Part shown: piece by piece, positions 38,310 to 51,476 of the stretch
How positions within the stretch are numbered: position 1 is the stretch's first letter
How the letters are laid out: each line of letters begins with the position of its first letter
Assembly (NCBI RefSeq): GCF_001194135.2
Contig: NC_068989.1
Location: 94,107,992-94,171,991 of the forward strand
Origin: Octopus bimaculoides
Taxonomy: Eukaryota
Direction: 5' to 3'
Length of the DNA: 64,000 nt
Position numbers and translations under genes: made by a program
Notes under the pieces: model-generated
What the model was told of the DNA's origin: nothing
Database searches by the model: none
Seen by the model: only the letters and a program-made list of their open reading frames with translations

Positions 38310-39629
38310 NNNNNNNNNNNNNNNNNNNNNNNNNNNNNNNNNNNNNNNNNNNNNNNNNNNNNNNNNNNNNNNNNNNNNNNNNNNNNNNNNNNNNNNNNNN
38401 NNNNNNNNNNNNNNNNNNNNNNNNNNNNNNNNNNNNNNNNNNNNNNNNNNNNNNNNNNNNNNNNNNNNNNNNNNNNNNNNNNNNNNNNNNNNNNNNNNNN
38501 NNNNNNNNNNNNNNNNNNNNNNNNNNNNNNNNNNNNNNNNNNNNNNNNNNNNNNNNNNNNNNNNNNNNNNNNNNNNNNNNNNNNNNNNNNNNNNNNNNNN
38601 NNNNNNNNNNNNNNNNNNNNNNNNNNNNNNNNNNNNNNNNNNNNNNNNNNNNNNNNNNNNNNNNNNNNNNNNNNNNNNNNNNNNNNNNNNNNNNNNNNNN
38701 NNNNNNNNNNNNNNNNNNNNNNNNNNNNNNNNNNNNNNNNNNNNNNNNNNNNNNNNNNNNNNNNNNNNNNNNNNNNNNNNNNNNNNNNNNNNNNNNNNNN
38801 NNNNNNNNNNNNNNNNNNNNNNNNNNNNNNNNNNNNNNNNNNNNNNNNNNNNNNNNNNNNNNNNNNNNNNNNNNNNNNNNNNNNNNNNNNNNNNNNNNNN
38901 NNNNNNNNNNNNNNNNNNNNNNNNNNNNNNNNNNNNNNNNNNNNNNNTATAAAATTTCGTGGTATGAGAAATACGTAAATTGCAACAAATTTCTGTTCTG
39001 GAATATTATTTGGGTCTGGTTAGAATCTCTGCAGTCTTAGATTTCCATTTTAACTCTTACGCCAATATCCACATTCATTAAAACTAGAAATAATCCGCAG
39101 TTGCCCAGCAATGTATGATCCTATGAACATATAATCTTGTGGATGCTGTTTTCTTGCGAGCTATTACAGCTGACAGCTGGGATGTTTGTGAAGAGAAATT
39201 CTCTCGTTTAATTGTGTTTATTTATCCATGTGCTTATTTATCCAGTAAACGTGCGAGCTTAATTTACGTATTGTGCAATCAACCACGAAGCGTAAAACAA
39301 ATGGGCATAGGGTGACAGGTTGACAGTGGAGGGTGACGGTGGTCACATGCAACAGTAAAAAGGAGAATTTGTGCGCATGTACAACATAATTTGATACTTA
39401 TTCCATGCTCAACTTTCTCTGTCATGGTCAAAGCGATAGTCAGGTTGCACACCTACATTCCAAGCATTGCTTTAAACAACAGAAAGGACTTAGATCGTTA
39501 AAACTTAGTGCGAATGCAACACAGAGTTCAAACTCAATTTGTGGCAAGCAGCTTTACTCTACGTGCTTTAGAAACGTTACTATGGTAACAATCTAGACAC
39601 ATATTGATCAGACCACGTATACATCTTCT

Positions 39630-40211
39630 CTGTCATCTTCTTCCTTTCCACCACCTCCTCCCTTACTTTAGTACTACTACTGCTGTCTAGAATAACACCC
39701 ACGCAAACATTATAAGCAGTACAAATCACCACGTCCATCAACAGGTCAATGTCAGGACACCCAACCAATTAACACTGCTACTATCATAGCACTCCTTCTG
39801 CGAACCCACAAGAGTTAACAAGTGAAACAGAGACAGGCAGAAACAAGAAACATGCCCCTATTACTTGAATACTATACAAATATGTCTTTAAAAAGACTTT
39901 TCTNNNNNNNNNNNNNNNNNNNNNNNNNNNNNNNCTGTCATCTTCTTCCTTTCCACCACCTCCTCCCTTACTTTAGTACTACTACTACTGCTATCTAGAA
40001 TAACACCCGCGCAAACATTATAAGCAGTACAGTTCACCACGTCCATCAACAGGTCAATGTCAGGACACCCAACCAATTAACACTGCTACTATCATAGCAC
40101 TCCTTCTGCGAACCCACAAGAGTTAACAAGTGAAACAGAGACAGGCAGAAACAAGAAACATGCCCCTATTACTTGAATACTATACAAATATGTCTTTAAA
40201 AAGACTTTTCT
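39630..40211 (+). repeat. ~275-bp tandem duplication (39630-39903 and 39935-40211) across a 31-N gap
   Basis: Copies differ by one 3-bp indel in a CTA run and a few substitutions. Confidence 0.9.
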
Positions 40212-40267
40212 TGTAAATTTACCAAACTTTAATTTTTCGATAATTTTTCAAAAATCTATTATTCATA

Positions 40268-40310
40268 TTTACTGTTGAAAAGATCTCAAGGATCGAAACC
40301 GGTTCTGAAA
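40268..40310 (+). ncRNA. decayed minimal hammerhead core (ACCGGU class)
   Basis: UUUA CUGUUGA AAA GAUC UCAAG GAUC GAAA CCGGUU CUGAAA. Perfect stem II; A6 to U in the core. Confidence 0.5.
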
Positions 40311-40372
40311 TGTTCTTTATAAAAGTATTTTAGCATTTTCTACTTTGTCTTTTTTCCATATATATATATATA

Positions 40373-40410
<38 letters not shown>

Positions 40411-41231
40411 CACTCTTTAAAATGTATGGATGTACACATTTAAGGATACGCATGTGTGTGCGCGTGTGTTTATGAATGCATATGTGTATACAACGGTGTA
40501 TATTCCCGTTAGTATCTGCAGGATGACTTCATGAATAAAATCCTGTTCTTGGCTGATTCCTACAGTTGCAGGTAAGTTAGAATCTATGATATGGAACTGT
40601 TCCTCTGCCCTGGCATTACATTTTTATTTTGATGTATATGCAACAAACTGTAATTCATTTGTTGTTTATTGACGATTTTCTAAATATTACAACACTTGTC
40701 GAAAACCCAATAAAAGTGAGCACGCATGAATCGTCTTGAGTATATATCATCTATTTAAAAAAACTTCTTACTTGAATCCAAATCCCTCGGATATTTACAC
40801 ATGCAGAAAACTGAAGCATCCAGTAATATAGAATCATTACATGTATGATGCATATTGCTTGATCTCAAGTGCTCTGATGCATACATAAAAACCTATAGAA
40901 TAAGCACAAACACTCAAAGAGTATGCTTACAATAATCTAGCATATGTATAGAAAGGAAATCGTAAAAGTATGCGTGCATACACATCACGCACAAACGCAC
41001 GCACAGACACACACATTCACATATACAAACGTACATACATACTTTAGATAGGATAGATAAACAGGTAGATATATAGATAGACAGGTAGATAGATAGCAGC
41101 AAAATGTGTTTTCCTGGGGTTAAAGCAACAGTAACATCGTCCTTTATAGGACTGCCACGTTATGCTAGCGTTTAAACATTACACGGTGTTTCTCTCGCTC
41201 AGATTTAAAACGTGTGTGTGAATATATATGC

Positions 41232-41266
<35 letters not shown>

Positions 41267-43053
41267 CATATNNNNNNNNNNNNNNNNNNNNNNNNNNNNN
41301 NNNNNNNNNNNNNNNNNNNNNNNNNNNNNNNNNNNNNNNNNNNNNNNNNNNNNNNNNNNNNNNNNNNNNNNATATATATACATATATACATATATATATA
41401 TACATATATATATATACACACTCAAAAGTGACATGAGCCGCCCGAAGAAACGTTAACAGTTTGTTTGACGAAATTGCAAAATTTTAATATCAACACTTAT
41501 CTGAATTGTAGGAGACCAAATATGAAAATTAGAAATTTATTTACAACATGCGACCGGGATTGTGTGGTAAAAAAGATCGCTCCCCAACCATATAGTTATG
41601 AATTCAGTTTCATTGGATGGCTCCTTGGGCGTTTTCTGCATCTATTTTGTTGGCGAAATTGAAAAAGAGCCTGAAGAATCAAGGATATGTGAATGTGTGT
41701 TCAGTCTAATTCCACTTAACATATACATCAAACATGGCTGACTATTTGCTCTACTTCTTAATTATCTGTGATGTTTGGCTATTGATAATTATGTTTCCTT
41801 GAAGTTATTTTTACCTGATTTTGCTCAGTCTATCGCCTAACTTACCTGTCAAGCTTTGCTGTCTGTCTCTCTCCCTCTCTCCACCAAACCCTATTGAATA
41901 GCTCGATTCGTCTTCTGGTAATTGATTCTCTTAAAACGATTTGATAGTCTCAATTGGAAGAATAAATTTGACTTCCTTGTCAATCTAGTCCATTTGGTCC
42001 CACACCAAAATACTCATCAAACAGCACATGTATATTCTCATAACAAGATTTCAAAAGAACATTATACCATGTCTGTGGGTTAAGAATTTCGCTTCCCTAC
42101 CACACCGTCCTAGGCTTTGTGTCACAGCTTGGCACCTTTTACCTGTGTATTCTACTCTAGCAACTATCTGATCAAAGTTATGGATAGGTAGGTAGATAGG
42201 TAATACGGACAGAGAAGCACACACGCATACATACACAAATGAAAACTGAAACACATGACCATACACATGCACGCACACAGACACACACACATATAGAAAA
42301 ACACCTCCGTACATAACAGACGCACGTACGTAGTCACACAAACTCATACACAGACACTCATACATGCATACACAGAGACAGGTTCACACACACATACAAG
42401 TACACATACATGAATATGAAGAAGACATACATACAAATGTACACACATGCATATTATATATATATATATACGCATGCACACATACGTATGTAAATACACA
42501 TGCGCACAAAGAAACAAACAAAAAGAACGCAGCTCTATTAACGGACAGTCAACGATTATTGAAGAGGTTGCTCGCCGCAATAAACATTTTGGAAGAAATA
42601 AGTAAACGTGTAGAAATAGAACCGGTCAGTGTGGGTGCGTGTGTGTTTGGGAACATGTCCATGTTTATACTGTGTAACTTTGATTGATGTTTTGCATTGA
42701 AAACCAAAATCACGCTTCTTTCAATTTCATGTTTTTGTATTAGAGAACATTCGCATAACACTTACATACTAGAAAAACACACAAAGGTAAGAATATCACA
42801 ATGCCACACATATACACCTAAATATTTACAGAGATGAGCATTATATTTCCGATATATGAGTAACATTTAGAAAACAATGTACTGTCACCGCTATTCTTTC
42901 AAACTTTCAATTTTGGAGAGAATATTTTGATGAAATATAAATATATAGAAAGCGGCAAATTGTGTGTATGTGTCCGTGTATATATATATACATACATATA
43001 TATATAAGATATAAAGAGGGGGTGAAGTGCAGTTAAAAAAACACGCTTCATAT

Positions 43054-43092
<39 letters not shown>

Positions 43093-43554
43093 TTGTCGTT
43101 GCCGTCCCAGCGACAGATTAGAAGTATGTTTTAATATGAATGAAGAAGCAGGACTTATATATCCTTTACTATTTTAAAATGTTGTATACCTTGAATTATG
43201 AATCGATGTGGATAAATGAATGTAAATATATTTTAAAATTTGCATATTTTTAAATAAAATATGGAGTATACAACTGAAGATAGTAGCATGTACATATTTG
43301 AATTAAATTAATTTTCTTTAAATTGATTCATTTAGTTTTTACATTGAACATGAAAGCAGTTTTGTATTAACCACGCTGACTTTGAAATAGACTTCATTTA
43401 TCTCGCTCGCATTACATTACTTTCTTAACAAGGAGAATGCCCTTGTTTTATTTAAAAACAGCGGCCATTCAACACGCACAGGTTGATTTTTTAAGTGCTC
43501 TTCCCCTCTCTATATCTTTATACACACACATGTATACATATACATATGTGTGTG

Positions 43555-43745
43555 TATATGTGTTTGTGTCCCAACGCCGCTTGAAAGCAGTGTTTGTGTA
43601 CTTAAATCCCCTGTTCCTTAGCGATTCAGGAAAAGAAATCTATAGGATAAGTACCAAGTTGAAAACATAAGAACCGGAGTAGATCCGTTAGACCAAACTG
43701 TACACCAGCATGGCCACAGTCTAATGACTGAAGCAGAAATAAGAT
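43555..43745 (+). mobile_element. SINE family A, 3' half
   Basis: gtttgtgtcccaacgccgcttg...ggataagtaccaag...ccagcatggccacagtctaatgactgaa. Confidence 0.8.
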
Positions 43746-44065
43746 GACGGATACGTTTAAGCAGTGCACCATGGCCTATCGTGTCCGAGACAAGCCCCAA
43801 AGTATACACACTTTCGCCTTAATTCCCTTCTTCCACTAAAACAATGACAGTCTCCCGCTTCTTTCTATAGCAGCTTCCAAGTACTAACCGCATTCGACCA
43901 ATAGGAAAAAGCAGTGATTGGAGTTAAATTGCAAAGAAGAAAATTCTCGTGCAGAAATGGCAAAATTTGAAATATTCCACTCTCGATAAATTGCTTGGTC
44001 ATGCGCAACACGAGCCATTTCCATGTATGTATGTACGCATGTATGAATGCATGAATGATGTGTGT

Positions 44066-44150
<85 letters not shown>

Positions 44151-44744
44151 GACACACACAAACAAATAACGCGCGCACACACGCACACAGACACACACTC
44201 ACGTATATGCATATCTACGTGTGTGTGTATACTGGGAGAGACGGCGAAGTTACATTTATTTATTGAAACAGTGAATCTATGATCAATTCGAAGTTCGTTT
44301 TAACGCAGGATGTTATTAGCCTCAGTCACATAATACCGTATAATTGGCAATACGATTCACTTACTGATTGATGTATTTGTGTGTGGTCTGTAAGTGGTGT
44401 AAGCGTCGGTCATTATATACATGAAAGATGAATTAACTCAATCATTTATCATTTTGCGTTTTAGAGGTACCCTCTTCAGAAAAGATAGCATATGTTTCTA
44501 ATTAGGTATTAATCAAATGCTTGTATTACGAATGAGATTTAATTTCAAAATTTGTATTCGCTGTAATGACGTGCATACTTTGAAAATGTAGTATCTATTC
44601 CACCTACTAGAATGAAAAGCAAAGTTTATTTGTGTGAGATTTACTTTGGGAAAGTTAACCTTATCTCCCGTGTTATGTCATATAATTCCATTTATTTTAT
44701 GATAAATAAGTTCGACACAGATTTACAATTTCGAAAGTAAATCA

Positions 44745-44885
44745 GAGGCCGTCAGCTGGCAGAATCTTTTGTGTTACAGTCAAAATGCTTAGCGACATTT
44801 CTTTTAAACATTTACGTTCGGAGTTTGAATCCCGCCGAGGTCAACGTGACCTTTCATCCATTCGGTCATTAAAGTACCAATCAAC
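44745..44885 (+). mobile_element. SINE family B, 5' part
   Basis: gtcagctggcagaatc...tttgaatcccgccgaggtcaac...ctttcatccattcgg. Confidence 0.75.
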
Positions 44886-46080
44886 AACTTTTTTAATGAT
44901 CATTTAATATGAATTCATTAACCAATAGTTTTTAAATTTTTTTCTTTTTTTAATCACCGTTCTACTTCCTCTAAAATCGCTGAGCTTGTGCGAACATTTG
45001 CAACGATGTTTAACAAATTGGGACTTTGGTCGTGATAGTTTTGCTGTGTGGATTTAAAAACAGTCTGCGAATGAAAAGCTGTAAAAGAAGGCGTTATTTC
45101 TATCAGGAAATGTGACTTATAAATGACACCTCAATATTAATTGCTGTTACGTACTACATAATAGTTTAAAGGAATATGAATCTTATATCAATAATGGAGG
45201 CTTTTGCTTCAGTATCAATTCGGTTCAACTTCATATTTATACAAATATATGCGCAAAAATTCGTTTCCTTTCGGAATTAAACATTGTACAAACTTTTTGT
45301 ACCCGACAGTACTATTGGAAGGAATGAATGAAACTAGAGAAAGATTCAACAAAACGACGTGGGGATGAGATAAACCGCGTGGATATTGTGTTCTTTGTGA
45401 GAAAACATTTAATACTAAACTGATTACGAATTCTACGTATTGTTAAAAAACTAAAATTAAAATATCAATTTTACTTCACTTAACCTTTGGAATTTAAGAT
45501 TTGAACTTGTAATCCAATATATAGGATTAATGCCATATGGAATGCCAAATACGGGATTAATAGCACTTTCCGTCTTCTCTCATCACTCCTCGAAACATTG
45601 TAACTTCTTTTCCCGTTCCATTACAACCACACGACAAATTCATAAGAACTGCGCCTGCGTTCTTCTAACTTTTGCCAATCAACTTTCTATTGTTTGCAGT
45701 CTGAATTAGAATATTGATGACATTTAAATTGTGAAGTATTTTATTTCAAGGAAATAAATCGATTTTACTGAATTTAGAAACTGTTATTCGTAAGAAGCAT
45801 ATCTTTCTTGGAGTGCCGGAATAGTGCATTTAGTGTGTCGACTTGACTTTTATCTTTAACCTGTTTCACTCATTGAAATACGATTTCGGTGACATCTGTC
45901 TCAAAGTGGTTTGGTCGAAAACTTAGACATGGCTATTCATTTTTTAAGGTCTGGAATTTATTATATCGACTCATTGGTTTTATGTTCTTACGAGAACATA
46001 AAACACTCAGCACCGGTTATCAAACGATTATGAATGCTGACAAATATAAAGATACACACCCACATGTGTGTTTATATTTT

Positions 46081-46309
46081 TTTATTTTTTTACTCGCTTC
46101 AGTCAAATTGACATCGGCCATGCTGGATCACCACCCGAAAGAGTGTTAGTCGAAGAACTCGACCCCATGACTTATTATTTATAAGCCTAGTACTTATTCT
46201 ATGTCTCTTTTTCTGAGCCACTAAGTTTCGGGTACATAAACACACCAGCATCAGTTGTCAAGCGATGGGGTGGAGTCAAACACAGGCGCACACACACACA
46301 CACAAGCAA

Positions 46310-46348
<39 letters not shown>

Positions 46349-46506
46349 TTCGACGGTCTTCTACCAGTTTCCGTCTACCAAATCCACTCACGAGGCTTTG
46401 GTCGGCCCGAAGATATAGAAGACACTTGCTCAGAATGCGACGTACTGGGACTGAACCCGGAATCATGTAGTTGGAAAGCAAGCTTCTTACCATACAGCTA
46501 CGCCTG
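46081..46506 (-). mobile_element. SINE family A, full length, with internal microsatellite
   Basis: Minus strand: tRNA-like head (A-box-like gctgtatggtaag, B-box ggttcagtccc), CORE-like gagcaagtgtcttcta, (TG)/(TA) tract at 46285-46350, conserved 3' half, A-rich tail. Confidence 0.9.
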
Positions 46507-46619
46507 TATATATAATATATATATATGTATATTATTATTATTATCATTATTATTTGATTGACTGTCAACCAAATACCCTGACTATTAAAGCCACACGCCT
46601 TCACCTGCATATGTGCGAC

Positions 46620-46818
46620 TAACCTCACAATACTCCTCTACCGGACGGGCCACCCGTCCATCACCGGGTTTCAACTTCTGCTGGAACCGAATGAGAGCTG
46701 AGTACAGTCAGCAATGTTAAGTGAAGTATTTTGCGAAAAAGCACAATGCAATTTCTAATCGGAGACTCGAAACCACGATCTTATGATTCTGACTGCCACA
46801 CCGTAAACACTAGCCGAC
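46620..46818 (-). mobile_element. SINE family C, diverged
   Basis: Minus strand gtggtttcgagtctcc...gcaaaatacttcactt...gatggacgggtggcccgtcc parallels 9880-10097. Confidence 0.6.
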
Positions 46819-47169
46819 GGAACTAGATTTTTATGCTGTTTCTTCCAGCAAAAGAAATTGCTTCTGTTATTAGTTCAGCTGCATGATTCTAATTTGTTTT
46901 ATGCGTGCACATGTGTGACATTGCCACAAACAATTAAATTGCATTAGCAAGATCTTATCTGTGCATGAATATCGCTGAGTAATTAAGAAGTTGATTTCGC
47001 AGTTATATGCTTTCTATGACACCAATCAGTAGCAGCCACGGCAAGATTTTTGTTATTAACGACCTCTAGCATGCATTATTACGCGTGCAAATACATACAC
47101 AAACACAGGCACGCACGTTTGCTCTCACACACGCGAACATACATATATACGTACATCATTTCAAAGACT

Positions 47170-47282
<113 letters not shown>

Positions 47283-47444
47283 GTACATCATTTCAAAGAT
47301 CCCCCCCATACACACACGCGCGTGTCGGTCGTTCGGCAAAATGCTGAATATTCATATATTTCAGTGTGTCCTTATAATTTATGAACGTGTTTGAGTGTGT
47401 CTGTCTGTCTGTTTATAACGCCAGAATGCTAGATATGTAACATA

Positions 47445-47640
47445 TTTTACCTGTTACTTGTTTCAATCGCTGACCTATGTCCATACTGGAGCACTGACTT
47501 GAATTACTTTACCCGAATAAATCGCCCCTCAGTCTTTCCTCTTGTTGCTATGCCGGGTACTTATTCTATCGGTTCCTTTTGCTGAAACAATAACCAACGG
47601 AGATGTAAACACACCAATGCCGGTTGTCAACCGTTAGTGG
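47445..47640 (-). mobile_element. SINE family A, 3' half
   Basis: gtacttattctatcggt...gtaaacacaccaatgccggttgtcaa, reverse complement of the family A 3' half. Confidence 0.75.
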
Positions 47641-47737
47641 CGAAGAAATGCTGTCACCATACCACTTACATGCATACACACATCTCTGAATGCATTATTT
47701 TTTCTAATATATAATATCTGTACATCACTTCCAAACC

Positions 47738-47783
<46 letters not shown>

Positions 47784-48329
47784 NNNNNNNNNNNNNNNNN
47801 NNNNNNNNNNNNNNNNNNNNNNNNNNNNNNNNNNNNNNNNNNNNNNNNNNNNNNNNNNNNNNNNNNNNNNNNNNNNNNNNNNNNNNNNNNNNNNNNNNNN
47901 NNNNNNNNNNNNNNNNNNNNNNNNNNNNNNNNNNNNNNNNNNNNNNNNNNNNNNNNNNNNNNNNNNNNNNNNNNNNNNNNNNNNNNNNNNNNNNNNNNNN
48001 NNNNNNNNNNNNNNNNNNNNNNNNNNNNNNNNNNNNNNNNNNNNNNNNNNNNNNNNNNNNNNNNNNNNNNNNNNNNNNNNNNNNNNNNNNNNNNNNNNNN
48101 NNNNNNNNNNNNNNNNNNNNNNNNNNNNNNNNNNNNNNNNNNNNNNNNNNNNNNNNNNNNNNNNNNNNNNNNNNNNNNNNNNNNNNNNNNATATATATAT
48201 ATATATATATATATATATAACAGAATAAATAAGAATAATCAGAATCGAGTGTTTATCCAAAACTTTACAATATGAGCTTCAGCAAAATTTCAAAAGAGTT
48301 ACAAATAACTAGTTTGAACATTATGCAGT

Positions 48330-49330
48330 CCACATATTACATTTATTGCGGGACACAGATTTTCGGCATTGCCTTATAGAGCTTTGTATGCTACACCTGT
48401 CCTTTGATTATTATTTATGGCCCATAAGTTATCAGATGGCTACCTGAATTTTATTTAGTTTCAAACCATCCTTGTTTGAGCATTCCAGGTACCAGAATCG
48501 TACATCCGTCTTTCAGGCATGATGACATAGTTCCAGATGCAGTATATATCCTTCTTTTTAATGATATTATGATATGATTTGATAGTATTTTCGCTGCTAT
48601 TTTTGGTTGATCATACTATGTTGGTGATGGCTCCAGTGATCCGGTAGATATACGAAAATTTATACAACTAGAAATGAAACAGCCAATGAGAAATTTGCCA
48701 ATAAATGCGACTTGGTAATGATGTTGTTAAGTGGACAATAATCCAAGACGCTTATTATAGACCTGATATCCTGACTATTTTTAGCTCATTGACGTATCAC
48801 AGTAGAGAAAAGAAACTAAATACCTAATAACGGGAGAAAAGTTTGATAAAATCTTAAGCTGACAGCATAATAGAAAATTATGTCACTGGTAATTGAGAGG
48901 TGAGAATATGTCAATTGATCAATATAAAGTGTCTGGTTATTCATTCAGGATTCTCTCAATAGTTTCAAGAAGTTTTCGTAAAGGAAAGTAGCCAATATAA
49001 TGCAGTATCAGCCGTTGTATCATTTAACACATACTAACAGCTAATGTGTAGTGATACTTTATATGTCATTTGTCAGTTATGTTCTAGATATATGATTTGT
49101 GAAGCCATATTAGATAAATCTGGGTGATGAATAAATCTGTTTGTGAGTCCAGCTATATGACAACCGTTTTCTGTTTCTATTTGTAGCATATTAACACTTC
49201 CGTTAACAATGCTATTGGGAGGTACGTAAGTTGTGTATAAAAAAGTATCATTTTTGGAAAGCTTACGAAGGAGATGCTGTGGCGGAAATTCTTGACACGT
49301 CAGTAAATATCCAGTCATGTAATACTGATA
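48330..49330 (-). mobile_element. heavily decayed CR1-like reverse transcriptase region
   Basis: In the expected order on the minus strand: ..HLLRKL (DH..LL.KL), FIHHPDL (FIIY..DL), ADTALY (ADDT.LY), SIISVLDYC (SLI.S.LDYC). Many stops and frameshifts. Confidence 0.5.
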
Positions 49331-49399
49331 GAGTCTCTTCTCTTTTGTTAGTCTATATGCTACAATACACCTTCGTTTCACTATTTCTATCATTAAAAT

Positions 49400-50325
49400 T
49401 GTTAGTATTATTATAGTAGTAGTAGTAGATAATTGTTCAGCATTTGGTAGTTTGAAGCAAATTTCTAGTGCATCTCCTGCAACACATCCGTGTTACTGCG
49501 TGTGTGCAGCATTGTGTGTTCTTTCCTGTTGTTGGGAGTGCCCAAACTCTTCCCGGCATTGTGTTAGTCTATTTTTTCTCTTGAAGTATGATGCAGCTTT
49601 TTTGTTGTATTACTGATTGTATTGTGTGTTGAGTGTGTAATGCGTTGGTTATTTCGCTTCTGGTGGAAGTTTATTTCACTGGGTAATTTCCGTATAGAGT
49701 GTGTCGTATTTCTGTTTTTTTTTTCTTTTACGTTGTATTATAGAATTTATAATGTCTTGCGTAGGATGTGGGCTGTTCCTAGCTGCGCTATTTTTTGGAC
49801 AGTATGTAGTGTTGAGGATTCAGATATAGTTTCTACTTTTTTTGTTCCTAGGATTTTTATCATGCCCAATGTTCCAATTATCATTGGTATTGCTTTTACC
49901 TTCATACCCGACATCTTGAATACTTCAAGTTTCGAGGTCTCTGCATTTGACAATTTCTTCACTTCATTTTGGACAACATTTTGATAAGAAGGGTATGCAA
50001 TGTCTATCAGTAACCAGGTGTCTTATCATGTCTGGGCGATTAGCTTCTATTACTTAATGGGTTTGAACTGGCATATCCCAGATGATTGTGGCCTGGTCGT
50101 TGTCCTGTGCCCTTTTTGGTACATATTAAAACACCTATTGTCGGCTTTAATGTTGTAACGGTGGCATATTTTCCAGTGGATATAACTGTTTACTCGGTCG
50201 TGTCTGTATATATATATATTCAGACTTTGCAAGGATTGGGCAGGCCGAGATGATGTGGTTAACTATCTCGTTGTGCTGGTGACACATTTTGCATTTGATA
50301 TTAGGGCCTGCTTTTATAATTGTAT
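49400..50325 (-). mobile_element. RLE-type (R4/Dong-like) LINE 3' fragment: CCHC knuckle, endonuclease, UTR
   Basis: CKMCHQHNEIVNHIISAC (CX2CX8HX4C), RHDRVNSYIHWKICH, ...IPMIIGTLGMIK...QKIAQLGTAHILRKTL*, ending in a CTA/ATA tail. Confidence 0.85.
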
Positions 50326-50329
50326 TACT

Positions 50330-51476
50330 AATATCATTATTATTTTACATTTAATCTGCATGTTTGTTACAATCGCTTGCCGAGACATATACAGCGTACT
50401 GGGACGAATGAAGGATAAGAGATGTTACGGCCTGACTGAAACGTTGGGAAGAGAAAGTGGCAGGGGTAGTACCGAAATACCTTCATGTTATACAACACAG
50501 GCATTTAAGTAGATAAGGTTTTTCTTAGGATGTGGGTAGTACATGTAGGCACTATCTTGTGGATTTCTCTGCGACGTGGTTCTCCTGAGATCTTATTTAG
50601 ATGTTTCTGATTTCTCCTTTTTATCATACCAAGGGCACTTACAATAACAGGAACGGGTCCCGCTTTAAGATGCCGCATCTTTTGTATTTCAATTTCCAGG
50701 TCCTTATTTAATTAGTGAAATTCCTTTACCGATATATTCTTATCAGTGGAAACACTTCTATTAGTCTACAAGTATATTTTCTTCTCATTCTTTAATAATC
50801 ATGTCTAGTCGATTAGCCTGGATCGTTCTGTCAATGTTGATTGGAAAATCTCAGAGGATAGTGTCATTTTTACCTTCAACCACTGGCTCAAGATAATGTT
50901 CATACCAGTAAGCAGGAGTGCCGATTTTGTATTGTTTACATATTTTCCAATGTAAATACCGTCCTACACTAACGTGGCAAACATTCAGTCAAGACAGACG
51001 GTAGCATTTTCTACATTGTTGTTAAGCAGGTTATGGGTCTATAATTTTTTTGATTCATTTGTTTCTTCATTTTTTGGAAGTAGGAATGTAACACCATTAA
51101 CTAGTCAAAAGGGAATCATACTAGGTTGTTGCAAAACATTGTTGTAAATTTCGTTAGCCGTTCATGGTTCTCTGTGAATGCATTCAACCAGAAGCTAGGA
51201 ATGTTATCCTTTCCTGGAGACTTCTATTTGCTTGAATTCCGGATAGCAGATGTCTACTTTGATACCCTCCCATTGTTGCTCTTCTGAGCAGTCTAAATCA
51301 ATAGATATTCTGTCAATCTAAGGGGCCTTTTTATTGTGCGTTTTCCTCTATCCAGATTTTATTTCAAAATTCCTGCACTTTTTCCTTTGATGGGACAGAT
51401 TTTACTGTAACGGTATTTTCCCTTTCTTCCTGTAAATTGGTTTTGTGTTATTTTTGAACATTGTTGTCCTTGAAAA
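50330..51476 (-). mobile_element. RLE-type LINE, 5'-truncated and internally deleted
   Basis: KSPGKDNIPSFWL...VTFLLPKNEETNESKNYRPITCLTTM*KMLPSVLTEC joins directly to VGRYLHWKICKQY...DLEIEIQKM...THILRKTLST*. The RT core is missing; (AAT) tail at about 50330-50345. Confidence 0.85.

Noticed and set aside
46420-46506. tRNA-like A/B boxes in SINE heads
   Set aside because: They continue into SINE bodies and I could not fold complete cloverleaves, so they are not called tRNA genes.
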